Origin: Harriotta raleighana
Taxonomy: Eukaryota
Direction: 5' to 3'
Assembly: GCA_050575255.1 (NCBI GenBank)
Contig: JBNZDD010013714.1
Span: 6,127,478 to 6,191,477, forward strand
Length of the DNA: 64,000 nucleotides
Position numbers and translations under genes: made by a program. Positions 37,101 through 51,900 of the stretch are shown piece after piece. Position 1 is the stretch's first letter. Each line of letters starts with the position of its first letter. The notes under the pieces were generated by a model, which made no database searches, had not been told where the DNA came from, and saw nothing but the letters and a program-made list of their open reading frames with translations.

Positions 37101-40100
37101 TAATGTAAGCTGCTTCACTGAGCATCTTATGATTTTTTAACAGTGTATCAAACAAGTATTTGCTGCAGTTTTATTTAAGATTAAATTAAGAATAGCTGGA
37201 GTTTCTTTCAATCAATAAAATAATGAGCAATAGAGGAAGATGTAATGATCTGGGCTACACAAATATTCAGAGCGCATCTCACAATGTAACGAAAAGCTTG
37301 GGTAGGGTGGGGGACAGAAATGCCACTGTTACTTGAAGTTGAATAGAAGTGCTTATTCGGACTTTTGCCATGCTAATCATGTAGAATTTCCATGTTACAG
37401 CATTGTGAGGGTTAATAGCTTCAGGAGGTAGGAATGTGGATCCTTTTGCAGAGTACTCCAAGAGAAGCAATTACTGCATGGACCTTTAGAGGTAGTACTC
37501 TTTAAGTAGTTCTAAACAGATGGAAAGCTTGGTTTCAGATTTTATCAAGGATGACAGACAGGTAGTACTTGTGAATGCTTTAACAAGACACTCATACTCA
37601 ACAAACACATGGAATAAACATTGAATAAGTGAGACTGCTTTAAATGCATGGCTTTCATTACTAGTCACATCCAGCTCCTTGCTTATGTTGCATTACACCA
37701 GTCCTTGAATTTGGCGTCTTAGCAGGAGGGAGGGAGGCATAATTTATTTTCAAAGGTGCTTTCTGGAAGCTTTTGCTGTTTTTAGTTTTATTTAGGTTCT
37801 GCCAAACGTCTCGGTGACTTTATTTCCAGATATCAGAATTCCAATTTCATAAATGGGTTCTTTTAGTTTATGTTTCATTTGATTTGCTTAATGTCGTCTC
37901 TTTTTCACCTTGTAGGTCAAATTTTTCCTGCAGTCGGACTACTTTAATATCTCTTTGAGCACTGATTTTTTTTTACGTTCACAGTTAGTTTAAGCTTGTT
38001 TAATAGACAATAATGAATCACGGATCCTTATAGGGAGGCATTGTAAATATTGCAATATATGTTTTATAAACCTTGTACAGTTGTAATATTTTCTAACATG
38101 AAATGTGGCTGCTGGGTGTGTATAATCTCATTACAGTATCTGCAGTTTAAAATTCTTACAGTATTCAGTTTTACTCAGCCAGTATTTTATGGAGAAAGAC
38201 TTATACTCGTCTAGTCATCAATTCACTCCAACTTCTGCACGGTGAATCAAGCAGTTGAAATTAATACGCTAAAAGGAAAAAGTCTAGGACAATAGATCTT
38301 TAGTATAAGTCTTACTGGACTCGGTTCACTAATATGTGTACTTTAGGTCTTTCTTTTTAATAAACACTGATTGCATTCATGAAATGGTTTTCATATTAAA
38401 ATAGAAAATATTTTCCTAGACACGGCCATTTCATTTCAGCTTTCAACGCACAAGGCAATAAGCACTTAAATTAAGCAAGAGGAAACCAAAGGGAGGTTAA
38501 AGCAAATGTAGTCCATCATTCTATCCCAAATGTAACATATCACATTACTTTTCTTTAACAAGTCACTCCTTTTCTTTTTTAGAAAGATTTTTAACCAAGA
38601 TAATTTCTGTGTCCTCTGACAAAAAACCCACCTGGTAATTTAAGCCAATGCAATCTGTTACAGCAGGAAGATGTAGGGTAGTGTGACCAGTGCTGTGTTA
38701 TAATGTCACTACACAGATTATATTACTGCTGTAGAATCAAATCTTCATTCATTCAGACTGGCTGCTCCCTTGGTACCTTCAGACCACATCAGAGGTCTTC
38801 ATTTGTAATGCAGAGCAAGAGTTTTGAGGGCAATCAAAATTAATTCACACAGATCTTTTTACATGAATGTAAAGTTTCCAATAAAGGTTTTTCTCAACAG
38901 GTGCTCTGGGAAACAGGTAGACATTAAATTTCCGGAAAGAGGTTTATGCTTTGTGTAGCAAAATCCATAACAAAGTTGTAAATTTGTTATTCTTCTTATG
39001 CTCTGACAGTGCAGCTGCACACCTGCTAGACAGAAATACCCATATTTAAAAACAAAATGTGAAGGTAATTTAAAGTTAAATAACCCTGAGTTGAATAACA
39101 TTAAACCAATGTTAGTATTTCATATGCACTTATACATTTTGATATTGTAATTTGTTTAAAAACAAGTCAAAAATCACATTGCACAAATGGCATAATGTCA
39201 CACATTGCATTTCTAAGCTACACTAATAACTAACTGTTGATTCAAATTGCACAAAACTGAGGATTTCAAACGTGATGTGTTATAAGCTCATTTTTAGGCT
39301 CTGTGTTTCCGTTCTATTGAATATTTTGTGTTTTCTCCATGACCTTGGTTATGTCTGGATGTTGATATGTACATAGTCAGTGATAACACTGAATGTAGAT
39401 CAATATCTTTTAAGTACTGCCAAGCTGACTAAAAATGAATATAATGGTGCAGAATGCATTTGCCCATTGATTGACAGTTGGTAATTATTAGCCACTTTAG
39501 GCATCCCATCACTTAGTAATTTTGACACCGCTGTGTGTATAAGTAAAAGAAACTTGTGGTGGAGGGGGAAGGGGAGAGATATTAATTTTATAACTAGGCA
39601 GGCCTGACTGCTGATTTATTGTTTGAAACGATAACATCTAAATAAATACAAGTGTTGCTGTTATATTTTTCATTTATGCAGCTATCATTGAACCTTTCCT
39701 CCATTTGGTTGACTGGAAAAAGAATAAAAGCATTTGCAATAGTAAAATAAAAGTTACTTTACTTAATGAATATGCAGAACACAGCAGATTAAATTGACAA
39801 GCACTCATATGTTTTAATGATTGAAAGGACTTGACCAAGTCACATTTCTCAGGAAACAGGTTGTCATGAGCTATCAATATTCTCTTAATCCTTTGTTACT
39901 TATGGCTGTGGTTTGTTACTTGCAGTCTTGGAAAATTATGCCTTGTCTCAGGTGGTCACTTGCAGTGTTAGAAAATGAGATGCTAAATGGTTGCACAAAC
40001 AATTTGATTATGGCATTTAATTCCTGCCATATAGATTTCCAGGCTCATTCCTTCAGTTAAATCAGTATTTTTCTGTTCCTTCAGCAATCTTGCCTGGTGT

Positions 40101-40434
40101 TGGAATATTTAATTTCTGGACCTTTAACAATCAATAAGTACTTTCACTGTCAGTCGGAAGAAAACTATATTCCCAGAACCTCCTGCTGGTTTGTTAACTA
40201 TTTTATCCTTCGTTAAGTAAACCCATGTAGAGAATTAATTTCTGTAATTTGCAAATGATTAACCCTGAAGTGTAGAAATATGTGGATGAATCTGGCATTA
40301 TTTTCATAGCATTAATCGTATCATACAAAGCATTGGTTTGTTGCAAGTTACTGCCTTCTAATGGATATGGGACTGAAAAGACAACCTGGGTTATGACTGA
40401 GAGCAATGCTAGTTTTCATTTCACTTTGGCAAGG

Positions 40435-40600
40435 CAACAAAAACAACAACTTCCATTTAAATAGTGCATTTCACATAGAATGACATCTTGGGGTGCTTCA
40501 CAACTGATCAGGTTAGATGCTGAGCAAAGGAAAGAAAGGGAGGTGACCATAGTCAGGGTTGAAGAAGTAGATTTTAAGACTGGTTTTGAAGACCACAAGA
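40435..40600 (-). mobile_element. Old L2-type 3' end fragment
   Basis: (CAA)n CTTCCATTTAAATAGTGCATTTCACA..GACATC....GTGCTTCACA followed by purine-rich sequence; diverged. Confidence 0.5.
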
Positions 40601-43600
40601 GAAAGGGTGCAGAGTGGGGGAAAGCGAGATTATTACACCCTATCATTAATCATAATGACTGTGGTTGACTAACTAAATCTTTAAGTTTGACTTTGTATAA
40701 TGGGGAATCTACGTATACTATCATCTTTTTTGCACTTTTCCCCAATTTTTTAAAGGCTTTGTTGGAAAAATAAACACCCCTGCCAAATCTATGACGAAGA
40801 AACAATTTCCAAACTCTGATAGTAATTTGCCAGCCATTACATTTTTGATTACATCTGAGTCTGTGCATTGTTTCCCTGTCATTGATTTGGCCAAACAGTG
40901 TTTTATATTTTGAGGAATGTCTTTTGCAAATAGTAATAAATGGTGCATTTAAACTGCCAGCCAATGTAGATTTACTATACTGTACTTTGAAAGGCTTGAC
41001 AGTCAATATAGCGCAATGAGTAAATTTATATCATGGGCTACATTGTTGAGGAAGTGAGATTACACTCATGAGTTAATCTTTACAGATCTATTTTGGTTTC
41101 TTGCACAGAAATGATGAAATGCAGTGGTTGTTCAAATTGTCAACAGCTGTAGCAGACTTGCATGGATGTAAAATTATTCATCAGATTTTCAAAAGGAACC
41201 TGGTCGTAATGGAGACTGGCGAATTCTTAGGTCTCCTGTGGCTTGTGTTCTTTCCCGTAGTCAAGGTTTAAGGAGCAGGACATGGATTTTAAGTTTATTG
41301 GGAACCATATTATTACAGTTATAGCTCTGCTAGGGAAAATTAAATTTTATATTTGTGGGGAGTGCTTCCATGTTGCACTGGATCAGCAAGGTTCTTTCAC
41401 CCATTTCATATGTACTTTAAACTGACTGGACTCTTCTCCAGCGAGCTATAATGGAGGAACTAGCCATTGAAGGAACATATACAGTAATAACATTGGACAG
41501 TCTCAGATCAGCTCTGAGGAGATGCAGACATTCAGCATTAATTGGTATTAAAGCACAGTACATATCCAGTAGATCAGCACAGATAGATTAGACGCAAATC
41601 CCATTGGAGCTTTGCTGTGCTGCTGAGATTTTATTGTGGCAGTTGATTTCAGCAGCACTTCATTTTGCAGTATGAATGCTTCAAGTCCAAAATAATCCTG
41701 GCTCCTCTTCCCTAATATGCCCTAAAAGTTATGTGGCGGTCCAGTTGCTCACACGCACTTTGGAGCCTCTGTGAGTGGGTTTAGCTGCACATGCCTAACA
41801 GCTTTGTCTGTGAACTCTGCCAGGAATTGGATTAAATGTTGTATCAAGTGCAAAACTGTTAGTGAAAAGAGATAGTTAGGAAAATGGAAATTAAATGTAG
41901 TTCTTATAAAAAAAAATCTTTCCAATGATCAAGGGTCTAAATAGTGATTGACCACAAGCCATTCAGCCACAGAGGCCACCATAGCTGATTCCAATCCCAA
42001 CCACATAAGAACACTTCTCCAGCACTGCTCCTCTTCCCTTCTCCCTCCTTGCCCAGGTGCGTTGAGACCATTTGTAGCAACTTTTTTGTTCCTCCAGCTG
42101 AAGCTTGCAAACAACCTAACAGTCTGGGGAGTGAACTTGGACTTTACGGTTCATTTTCACTCTCGACATGTGCTTAGCCATTGGGGGAGGCGAGCAGGAA
42201 TTATTTAACCCCTGTAAACTCAAATGCCATTGAATGCCCTGGACGTTGTTACTTTGAATGCACAGTTAATATGCATCAAGGAATACATTTTCACACCTTA
42301 TAAATCCAATTGTTACAGTTATCACATGTTCACACCTCCGCTCAGTTTGTGCTCCACAGCACTGTGTTCTGAGAGCCATCTGTTCACTTCACACCTCCGA
42401 TGTGTGTTTAGAAAAAAGGAATGGATTTGTAAATTCCACATCCCATTTCCTGTAGGAATCTTTAAAATCACTGCCACATTGGAAAATACAACAGTACAGT
42501 GTTATTTTCATATGATTCTTTGTCTGATTTATTTCAAACAACGTGTGGCCTATTAAAAACAATACCCAGGGAGTATTATTGGGTACCGTGGATCTTAGTT
42601 GAACAAATTATTTGTAAGATTATTTTTGCAAATGTGATGTAAAAGGATAACTGTACTTCACTTCAGTGTTATCATAGTCTTCTCTTGGCGATGAATGATT
42701 CTTAAGAAAATAGGTCCATCTAGTTTGCCTTCCATCATCTTGGCAATCACATGCACATGTAATGTCCCAAACTATATCCTAAGATATTATTTCCTAAAAC
42801 AATGCAAACTTTCACCTGCAGCTCCAGTGGTTTAAGCAGCTTTGCATATTGTCTCCTAACTCTTGATTGCTACAAGAGTGAGAGGAAAAAGGAATGGCCA
42901 AGGTTTCTGACTTGCAGCCTGGCACATGGATTGCCTAAGTGGGAGAATTGGGGGCAAAAGATTGCAAAAGTCTGTCCTATTGATCAAGTTTTTCAAGCAG
43001 TCAATGTGTCCACAAACAGTTCCTGGTTATGCAGGGTTTACAAGCTAATACACATTAAATAGCTTCTGATTTAACAGTGCATTGCTTTGGCTCCATTGCT
43101 TATTGAGAAAGCCTATAAAGCACATTTTCTACACGGTTCATAATGTAAGGAAAAGAGTGAAAAATTAAGAATGTGACATGATAATCACCACTAGTGAAAA
43201 TTATCACGACATGGCTTTTACTTTGCACCTGCACATTTCTCTATGGTTGTCAAAAACAGTGTCTGACACGAGTGAACCTTTTAATTGTCTATTTCCAGCA
43301 AAAACTAACCCAACATATGAATGAAGCCAAACAATTCCTCACATCCTAAAGCGAACTCAAAACTTTTTATCCTCTTAACTTGCGATCAGGTGTTCCGAAA
43401 CATTGACATGCTAAAGCTTTTCCGTTTCCTTCATCATTATGCCGTCAATCCAACAGTAACAAAGAGTCTTTTTGATTAAACATACTGAGTAAAGGGGATA
43501 AAGAGGCATTGTTGTTGCTTTGGTGAATTTTAAGTCGGGTTAAGTTCTGGGAGCAGGCTCCAATGACTGCTCAGAATCGGGTATGTTGGATGAAGGGGTA

Positions 43601-44394
43601 AAACTGTGGACTGAACAGATGCTTTTACCACGTCTTCCTTCTGTATTTTATGTTTAGAATTAAATGTTGTGTGCGCAGAGGCAGTTGGCAATGGAATAAT
43701 GTCATGTCACCAACAAACTACATTATTGCAAGTTCACTTTGATTTTGAATCTGCTCAAATGTCACTGAATGAGATTTTTTGACTGTTGTTGTCTCTTAGA
43801 AGACTACTAGGTTTTAAGCAGTTGCGGGACATTGAATTTGTTTTGTGTTTTAAGAAGTGTTTTCAATTGGTACAAGATTTTTTTTGTTTGCAGATCAGCA
43901 AAAGTAACAGCGTATCTTTCTTTCAAGTGGAATTTCTGTTACAGGAAGAATCTTTCATGCACAAAATGCAGTAAAGGTTTATCGAGTCTGGTATGTCAAT
44001 GTAAGGGCAACATATTGAACCCATTTCCTGGTCTTTGTCACAGCAAACAAACAGACAATTAATAATATCTGAAAGTAAATGTCAAATTCTGGAATATGAG
44101 AACTCTGCCCTTTTTCCTAGAAGTAAGTGAAGTTCCCAGAATCTGCATTTCGATTGGTAAAAAAACAATAGTGACACATTGTGTTAATACTGAAATGATT
44201 CCTACAAATGGGAAGATGATACCTAATGTAGTAAATGAAAAGATCCTTCATTCAAATAGGCCACCCATTGAGGTCAGTAAATTCTCAATGCTATTCTTCA
44301 AAATTAATGGTGTATATAGTATCTTTAATTTGATATGCTGTAGGCCAGTTGGCATGTTATTCAAACATGTTATTATAAGACCTCTAAATGATCT

Positions 44395-44555
44395 ATAATA
44401 ATAATAATAATTATTGCATTTGATACAGCACAAGATGTCACAAAACGTTTAACCAGTTCAACTGTAAAGCCCTGGTGCATGTGTATTTTGTAGGCAAATA
44501 TTGCAGGTAATTTGCAACGGGCAAAGTTCCACAAACAGCCACAAAGTGAATCATT
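44395..44555 (-). mobile_element. Diverged SINE 3' part, reverse orientation
   Basis: (AAT)n TTGCATTTGATACAGC...ACTGTAAAG...GTAGGCAAA...CCACAAACAGCCA. Confidence 0.7.
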
Positions 44556-44860
44556 TACATTTTATGAGAACAGTGATGAGACCTTGACCATGAGGAGAAC
44601 TTGGACCTCGTGTCTAGGGTATGGAATTCCACAAGGAGGTGGGCGATGGAATCCTCTCCAGTTGAGGCAGAATTAGCATCTACAATAAACACTGAAATCA
44701 TATATGTTTGGAATAAATCAGAGAAGTAAATATCAGTTAAATTAGATTTGCATTTTATTTTTGAGGTCTAGTTGGGTACTGTACAGTGATATTTTGTGAA
44801 CTGATTCTACCCAATCTCACTTCTTTTGAACCTCTCACTCCATTTGGAGTCAATTGTGTG

Positions 44861-45280
44861 TCAGCTTGGCTCATTGGTAGTACTCTCATCTGATCCCACT
44901 TCTGGACTTGAACTCACTTTGCGCAAGCTGACAATGCAGTGCTGAAGATATGTTGCATTGTTGGTTGTGCTGTTGTTCATATGAGACCTAGAACTGAGGT
45001 CCTGTCTGCCTGTTCAGGTGGATGTTAAAGATCCCATGGCACTATTCAAAAAGAGAAGGGAGTTTCTTCTGGTGACAACAATCCCCTAAACTAAAAAAAT
45101 TATCATTAATTTGGTCAGTCATAGCTGTTTGTGGAAAATTGATGGCTGTACACAATTGTGCTGCCATCTTTGCCTATAAATATACAGTTAATTCATTTCA
45201 CAGTCATTTCCGTGAAGCGCTTTGAGACATCCTTCCGACGTCATAAGGCGCTATATTAAATCAAGAATTATTATTATTAT
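44861..45280 (+). mobile_element. Near full-length tRNA-derived DeuSINE (SacSINE1/AmnSINE1-related)
   Basis: A-box TGGCTCATTGG, with the B-box region apparently deleted. Deu-domain-like ATGAGAC..AACTGAGGTCCTGTCTGCCTGTTCAGGTGGATGTTAAAGATCCCATGGCACTATTC. Tail GTGAAGCGCTTTGAGACATCC...AAGGCGCTATAT..(ATT)n. Confidence 0.85.
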
Positions 45281-48200
45281 CACCATAATTGTTGTAAGTC
45301 CCCCTCAGGGGAACAGGAAAATAGAACTTCTATCTTACGATCATTTCTCATCAAGCCACTATTGCCATCCAAACAAAATGTGAACAAAGACTCCCAGTAG
45401 ATGTACTTCTCAACCTGATCCTTGCGTTGGACAATCTTCTTCTTTATGCGGAGAAGTCATAGACATCATCACATGTCTGGTAATGTATCTAAATATTATT
45501 GAGTTAGCTAATACGATTGTTGTTTTGAATCTGGTTTAATCACTAAATGACTTAAACATGTTTAATTACACCCAGTTACCATATTAACCTTAAGTGATGA
45601 TCCAAATATATCATTTTATGAAAGGAATTTTTCTGCATTGAATACTTTCATCAGAACTGAAGTACAAAAGTCTTGGTTTTACTGTCTGTACAAGAAGCTT
45701 GCACAGATCTGGAATTCAATACTCCAACAAATTTAACCTGATTATAAAGAAGGATGGTCTTGATAATGATATCTGCAGTGAGAACATTTATAAATTTTCT
45801 CTCCAACAGTCTGGCAGGTTTAAAATTCATATCCTTTCTCTTGTATTTAAATCTTGCTGTGTGTTTACTGAAAGAAATGTGTGTGCGTAATAGAATTGCC
45901 ATCACCTGTGCATAAAGGTAATGTATTTAAAATAAGCTACAGGTTTCCTCTTTCATGAGGGTTAACTTAATGAAAAAGGCCTTTTGCTTCAAATTGCATG
46001 ACAACATTTTCAGATTGCATTCCTGAAACAGAGAATTCACTTATTCTGAGTAATTGGATGCTGACTTAGGTTAATATGTACAATGTTCTAAAATGAAAAT
46101 GTTCCATTGTAAGTAGAACTGTATGATACCTGAAGCAGACTCAATAGATTTGGTTGAGCTCTGAGTTAATTATACCTCAGCCTATTTTTTGAATGAATCC
46201 AAGCATGAATTCTACACAGTAAAGATTGGGATAATGATATTCAATTCTGTTTGGTACTATGCTGAATGAATTGACCTTTCAGATAAAACTACTCACTTGA
46301 ACAGAAAATCTAGAAAAAGAATAGACAAAACAAGTAGAAGTAGAAAAGTACTTTTAAATATTAGATAAGGATTCAGAGATCTGGCACCATTGTGGAATAT
46401 TGAATTGTATTAAACATCATTTAATTATTTCTTGTTTTATTTCTTCTGTTTATAGTGCCTTCACTGAAAACAATGTGCTGTGTAATTGGTTTGCAAATCA
46501 TCAGTGGTTAGGTCATTGCTATGGTAGTCTTTAGTATACGTGTTCGTTCTAGACTCTACAAGAGGATGGAGCAGTATCTGAATGACATTGCTTTTCAGTA
46601 CTTGAAAGGCATATTCATTTGCTTGAGCTTTTATCTTGTCATTGTTTTAGACTGCATCCACGAAGAACTGTTTTGACAACAAGTGAGCCGTTTTTGTGCA
46701 CAATCGTGTCTGAAACAGTACATTTAACATCCTAATCAGGTTAAAAGCTTTACTTCGTACTAAGTAGCAAACCCCACTCATGTTCAGGAGACGGAATCAG
46801 CGATAATAAGTGTTGTTCTATTTTAGGTCAGGTTGTGGGATCAAACCGATATGAAAACAGCCCAACACTAGCTACTGCAGTCAAAATTCTGTGTGAGACA
46901 GTAGGTTGGAGATGGAAAACCTATCTTACTTGCAAGTGAAAAGGTAGCTTAAACCTTACAAACGGTGTTCGATTTATTTTTCATACATTTAGCTTGCCTC
47001 TTGAGATTGTTCTTGATGGATTCAAGCATTGATATTCAGTTTGAGATTTTTCTCCTTTCTTTCCCTGTGACGGAGTTCACTGCAAAAATCGGCTGCTCTT
47101 TGTGAAACTGATTAAATTTGCAGTGCAAACAAAATTTTAATTACGCAGCTCTTGCACTTTTTGTGAATTTAGTTTTACTCAGAGAAACAACTTACTGACA
47201 AGTGACTGCACATGCATAAATGCTCCAACTGAATATGCTGCTTGAAACTCTGCCGCTGTGAATGAGCTAGGCTTAAATCCTGGCTAGTAGCTTAAACAAG
47301 ACATTTCCGCACATAAAGAAAATAAGAACTCTGTACTGTGGTTGGTGAAATGAAGGGAAGTTAAAGATTTGTCAAAACAAAGTTTGGAATTACAGACTGT
47401 GTTCTGTACACTAAACCAGTCAATTCTGTGCTAAATTAGTCTCTTGTCCAGCCTGATAATATAGTTATATATTTAAAAGAAAACAAAGATGGAGACGGTC
47501 AAATTTATGGATGGAAGCCACTGATTAATATGTCGAAGTACAGGGAAAAGATAATTAAACAAGAGCATTTATTTCAAATGGAAATGTTTACAGTAACTAA
47601 TATTGTAATCTCGCTTTCCCTATTTGTTCCTATCACCAGAGCACATCAATTGCATAACAAAGAAACAGGAACAGAGAATGTCTCACCGACTCACAAGAAT
47701 GACAGTGCCATTAAAGGAACACAACAGAGAAAGTGAAAGTTTTCGAAACAATTCATCCTCATTGTAATCTAACAAGTGGCTCTGCAGGGTATGTCTTGAA
47801 GCAAATTACTATTTTTCCCAATTGTGTTTTTTTTTGCAAGTGCACATTTATTACTGTTGGGGGTTTGCTTTCTGGGTTACCCACCTCTGCAATTCCCCCT
47901 CAGCGCTGCAGTGTTGATGGAGTAGCTCATGATTATTCTTGATGGTACCTGGAACAAGTTGAGACAGAACAGCAGTGCATATCACTATTAACGGGATTAG
48001 ATTCCTTAATTATCTGTGGGTGCAGGGTAAAGCCCAGAACTAATTTTCACAGAGTTATTGAGAGCTGTAAGAAATAGTTTGTTAGATGTGCAGCTGTCAT
48101 GTTTTGTGTTTGTGTGAGAAGAATTTTAAATGGATCTTTGTGGCTAGCACTGGGAATTTGAGGGTGCAAGCTTCTAATAAAAGAACTGAATACTTCTTGA

Positions 48201-48819
48201 ATAATTGTTACTTTGAGTTTATATCGCCGCCACAGTAAAATTGCTCTGAAATGTTTGGGTTGTTAATTCAACTTTCCGATGCCAGCAGAATAAAAGACTG
48301 TGACTGTGTTAGCAATCTTTAGAGCATATAATGTTCAGTATAAAATGTGTCGCACTTCAGTGCACAAACTCTCTGGTAGTTTTATTTCTCCATTCAAATA
48401 GTGCAGCTGGCAAACCATTTGTTCTTCACTAGACAGATTTTCCTTTTTGATCTGTGTACTGTGAAGGAGTCATTGAAATTAGGTGATATGTGCAACATTA
48501 CAACACATGGCCTGGATTCACAAGACTCAACTGGAGATGCACTGGACATTCACTTCAAGGTGCTACCAGCTGATCCTTAATGAACAGCCAAAAGGGTCTT
48601 GCAAACAGCTCAAGGAAGAATAAAGGAAAACATACACAAAACACTTCTAACATACAAAGTTTTTTTTTTAGAATCTTGATGAGAAACAAGTTGTGCTCCT
48701 GATTTTTGCTTCACATTAAAGTTGCACAACTCGTTTTAAATGACACACTAACTGATTAAATGATTTTTTTTATTCCTGTATAAAGTTGAACTCAGAAGTT
48801 TTCTTAGTTGAAAAAAAGG

Positions 48820-48950
48820 CAAAGTAATACAGATGCTGCAAATCTAGTATAAACACAGAAATTGCTGGGAACACGCAGCAGGTCAGGCAGTGTCTATGGA
48901 GAGGGAAAAATTAGTTAAAGTTTCCATTCTATGACCCTTTGTCAGAACAG
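48820..48950 (-). mobile_element. Single arm of the Penelope-type palindromic element
   Basis: CAGATGCTG..AATCT..ACAGAAATTGCTGGGAACACGCAGCAGGTCAGGCAG..TCTATGGAGA..GACCCTTTGTCAGAAC matches the 26108 element. Strand is given by the hammerhead-sense orientation. Confidence 0.8.
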
Positions 48951-51900
48951 TTTTTTAAGTTGCACTGCTACAGATGAATACATTTTGAAGAAGGACCAGG
49001 AGATTGTTGACTTGTATCTGATATGAAACTGCACTCATCATAGCTGAGGAAACCACTGGCAAGGCAAATAGCTCAATATTGTAATATTTTTCGCTCAGAT
49101 TAACTTCTCAGTGTCCTGAAACAGGACACCGAGAAAGGCTGTGCTTTAACAGATAGCAATAAATAGTAAAAATATAGATTTGGTGTGAAAAAAAATCTCT
49201 CTTCCCAAATCCCTCTGTCTCAAACACTCCCTCTTGCCTTTCAAAGCTTGTCCAAAAATTTGTTTCTTTGACTAAACTTACGGCCATCTCCTGCTGTTCT
49301 CTCAGCTCAGGCTGCCTCCTACTGAGCCTGGATGTTAGTTTCCTCAGGTATAATGCGAGCACAGTTTTGTATCAGATATAGGTCAACAGTTTGCTGGTCA
49401 CTTTGTAAAGTACTTTGAGACTTCCTTGTAGAGCAAAAGCAAGTTGTATACTACAAATTGTCATTGAAAGTTAGCTTTCTGGAAATAATTTGCCATGCTT
49501 TATGAGATGAATGAAATTTAATAAGCTTTATCTGCTAGAGTGATAATACAGAGAACCTCCTGCATTTTTTTCAAATCAGGTGATACCAGGAGAAAATGGA
49601 GATCAGAATGGGGGTTGGTATTTGAGGTTCATAACTAACATATGCATGAAATGTGGACACCTCGATTGGATGCCACAATATCAAGGGCCCCAGAGCAAGA
49701 ATAAACATGGACCCAGATCTCTGTGTGTTCGCAGATGTGGGACTGGCAAAATGATTCTTTTCCTCATGTTAGTAGCAATGCATCTTCTTATGATAGCTTG
49801 GAGGTGCAGGCAAGCAGCATCTGCCTCCCCTGGGAGAATACAATTACTAGAGAATATAGTTGATATTCAGATGTTATGTAATCAAATTTGAGGAGGGGTG
49901 GATGGAGTCAGTCCTTTTCCGGGTTTTAGAAAATGATGGTCCTTTACTATGACGTTGGTTAATAATGTGTTTTGAAAAAGAAAAGAGGGCTGATACTGCA
50001 AAGGATTTTGTGGATGGATCTTTGCTAGGCACAGTTGATTCAATAATTTGTTTCAATAATTTGTTCCTCAATACTGTTTTATATATGTTTGCCTTTTGGT
50101 GCATGTTCAGTGAGATATTCAGTGAGATTAGGGTGTGGGAGGAGTTTATTGGTGTTGCATTTCAAGCTGTTACAATCTTTATATAAGCTTAAAAAGCAAC
50201 AAATGATATACAGTATCTCTCTTCATATTTTGTTCAAGTTCTCCCATTATGTCGATCACATTTTACATGAAGAAGTGTAACATTTAGTTAATTTTAGAAG
50301 ATTCTAAATTTCATCAGATTTTTTTTCCTCCAGCCAAAAAACTGAGTGCATTAATCAATACAAAGCATCAACAAAACACCACGGGTGATTTTTTGCTTTG
50401 ATCTATGTAACTACTTCCTGCTATTAGGTCAAAGATAATACATGGGATAAACCTATTGTTCACCACCAGCTTACTCTTGAAGATCAAGCCACGCCATTCT
50501 TATTAAAGCTTTGACAAATGGTAATGGGTAACGGCGTTTCTTAGTTGTGGTTTCTTCTTCATGAGGGATTGAAAAAAATATTGATCTAATGTCATTGGGT
50601 TGGAGATATGTAGATATTAACCATTGTGACCAATATATTTTCTGTATTTTCAAAGCTGAGACACAGCAGAGACTTTTCGGATTCTTGGTTGTTAATTATT
50701 TATCATGTCCTACCACTCTTATGATCTTAAATTATTTAAGACTGCCTGGCATCTTTTTTCCTTGCTTCAGAGTACTTTATCAAAATTCTTGAACGATTAA
50801 TGGGATCACAACCAATTGAGTTTCTCTCTTTTTTTTTCTCCTATAAAGTTTTTTCACCCACTAAAAAAAATCATGCTTCTATTTGTCTCTAGTACCCACT
50901 TTAATGTTCAGTGCTGTTAGACATATCTTGGGCTTTCTGCAGTTTGAAGTTTTGGTGGTTTGGGCAATGTGGCTCTGTGGTCTTCCATTTCTTTCCTGCT
51001 ACAAAGCCACAAAACTGTTTCCAACTCTTTGAAAAACAATACAGTGCTTAAGAGCAAATGCTGTACTCCATAATGCAAGTTTGTTTTAAAACCTTGGAAA
51101 GCTAACACATTGATCCGAACAGACAGGTATGGTACCTGTAACTATCAGACTGATAGAGCTTTCAGTGACAGCAGAGAAAACATACCCCCAAAGTTTGGGT
51201 CTCATATCGGCCCCATGCCCAAACCTCAGGCAAAGACTCGTGCTCTTTGGTGCCCCATTGGCCTACTTAACCACATTCATTTCATTTCTTATGTTATGAT
51301 TCCTTCCCAAATGTTTTTTTCACAGGGAAGTTGCTGTATAAATGTAAGTTGTGCAGGCATTGAAAAGAGATTGGGGAAGAAAGTCGACTGCCATTTTGGA
51401 TCGAATCAGATCTATGCCAGAGTGAGTTTATTGCAGTACCACATTAACCCATATTATTATTTTTATGACATGAATTCACACCACTGGAAAATATTGAGGG
51501 AAAATATCAATTGAATATTGTTTTGATATTAAGGCACTTTTAACTTTGCCTGTTGGGCACACAAAATGAAAAAAAATGGTCAAATAGAAATAATTGTTAA
51601 GCGAGTATGGTTTTTTTCACTGACCAATGCATTTCTTTAAAAAAAACTTCCAAGAACATGTCTGCAAACAATAATCTGCTCTATATTCTGATTGAATCTA
51701 TTTCAGATAAGATCAGCTAGGTGGTTTATGTGTACACAAAAAAAAACTTCATAATGCCAAGGTAATTGTGAATGTGAAATAATTTAAAGAAAAAAGTACT
51801 AAAGGTCAAAAAAGGAAGACAAAAGGCATATTGGTCTCTCGCAAAATGCAAATAGCCTCATTCAGGAGAAGAATCTCAGTTATAAGAGAGAAATTGAAGA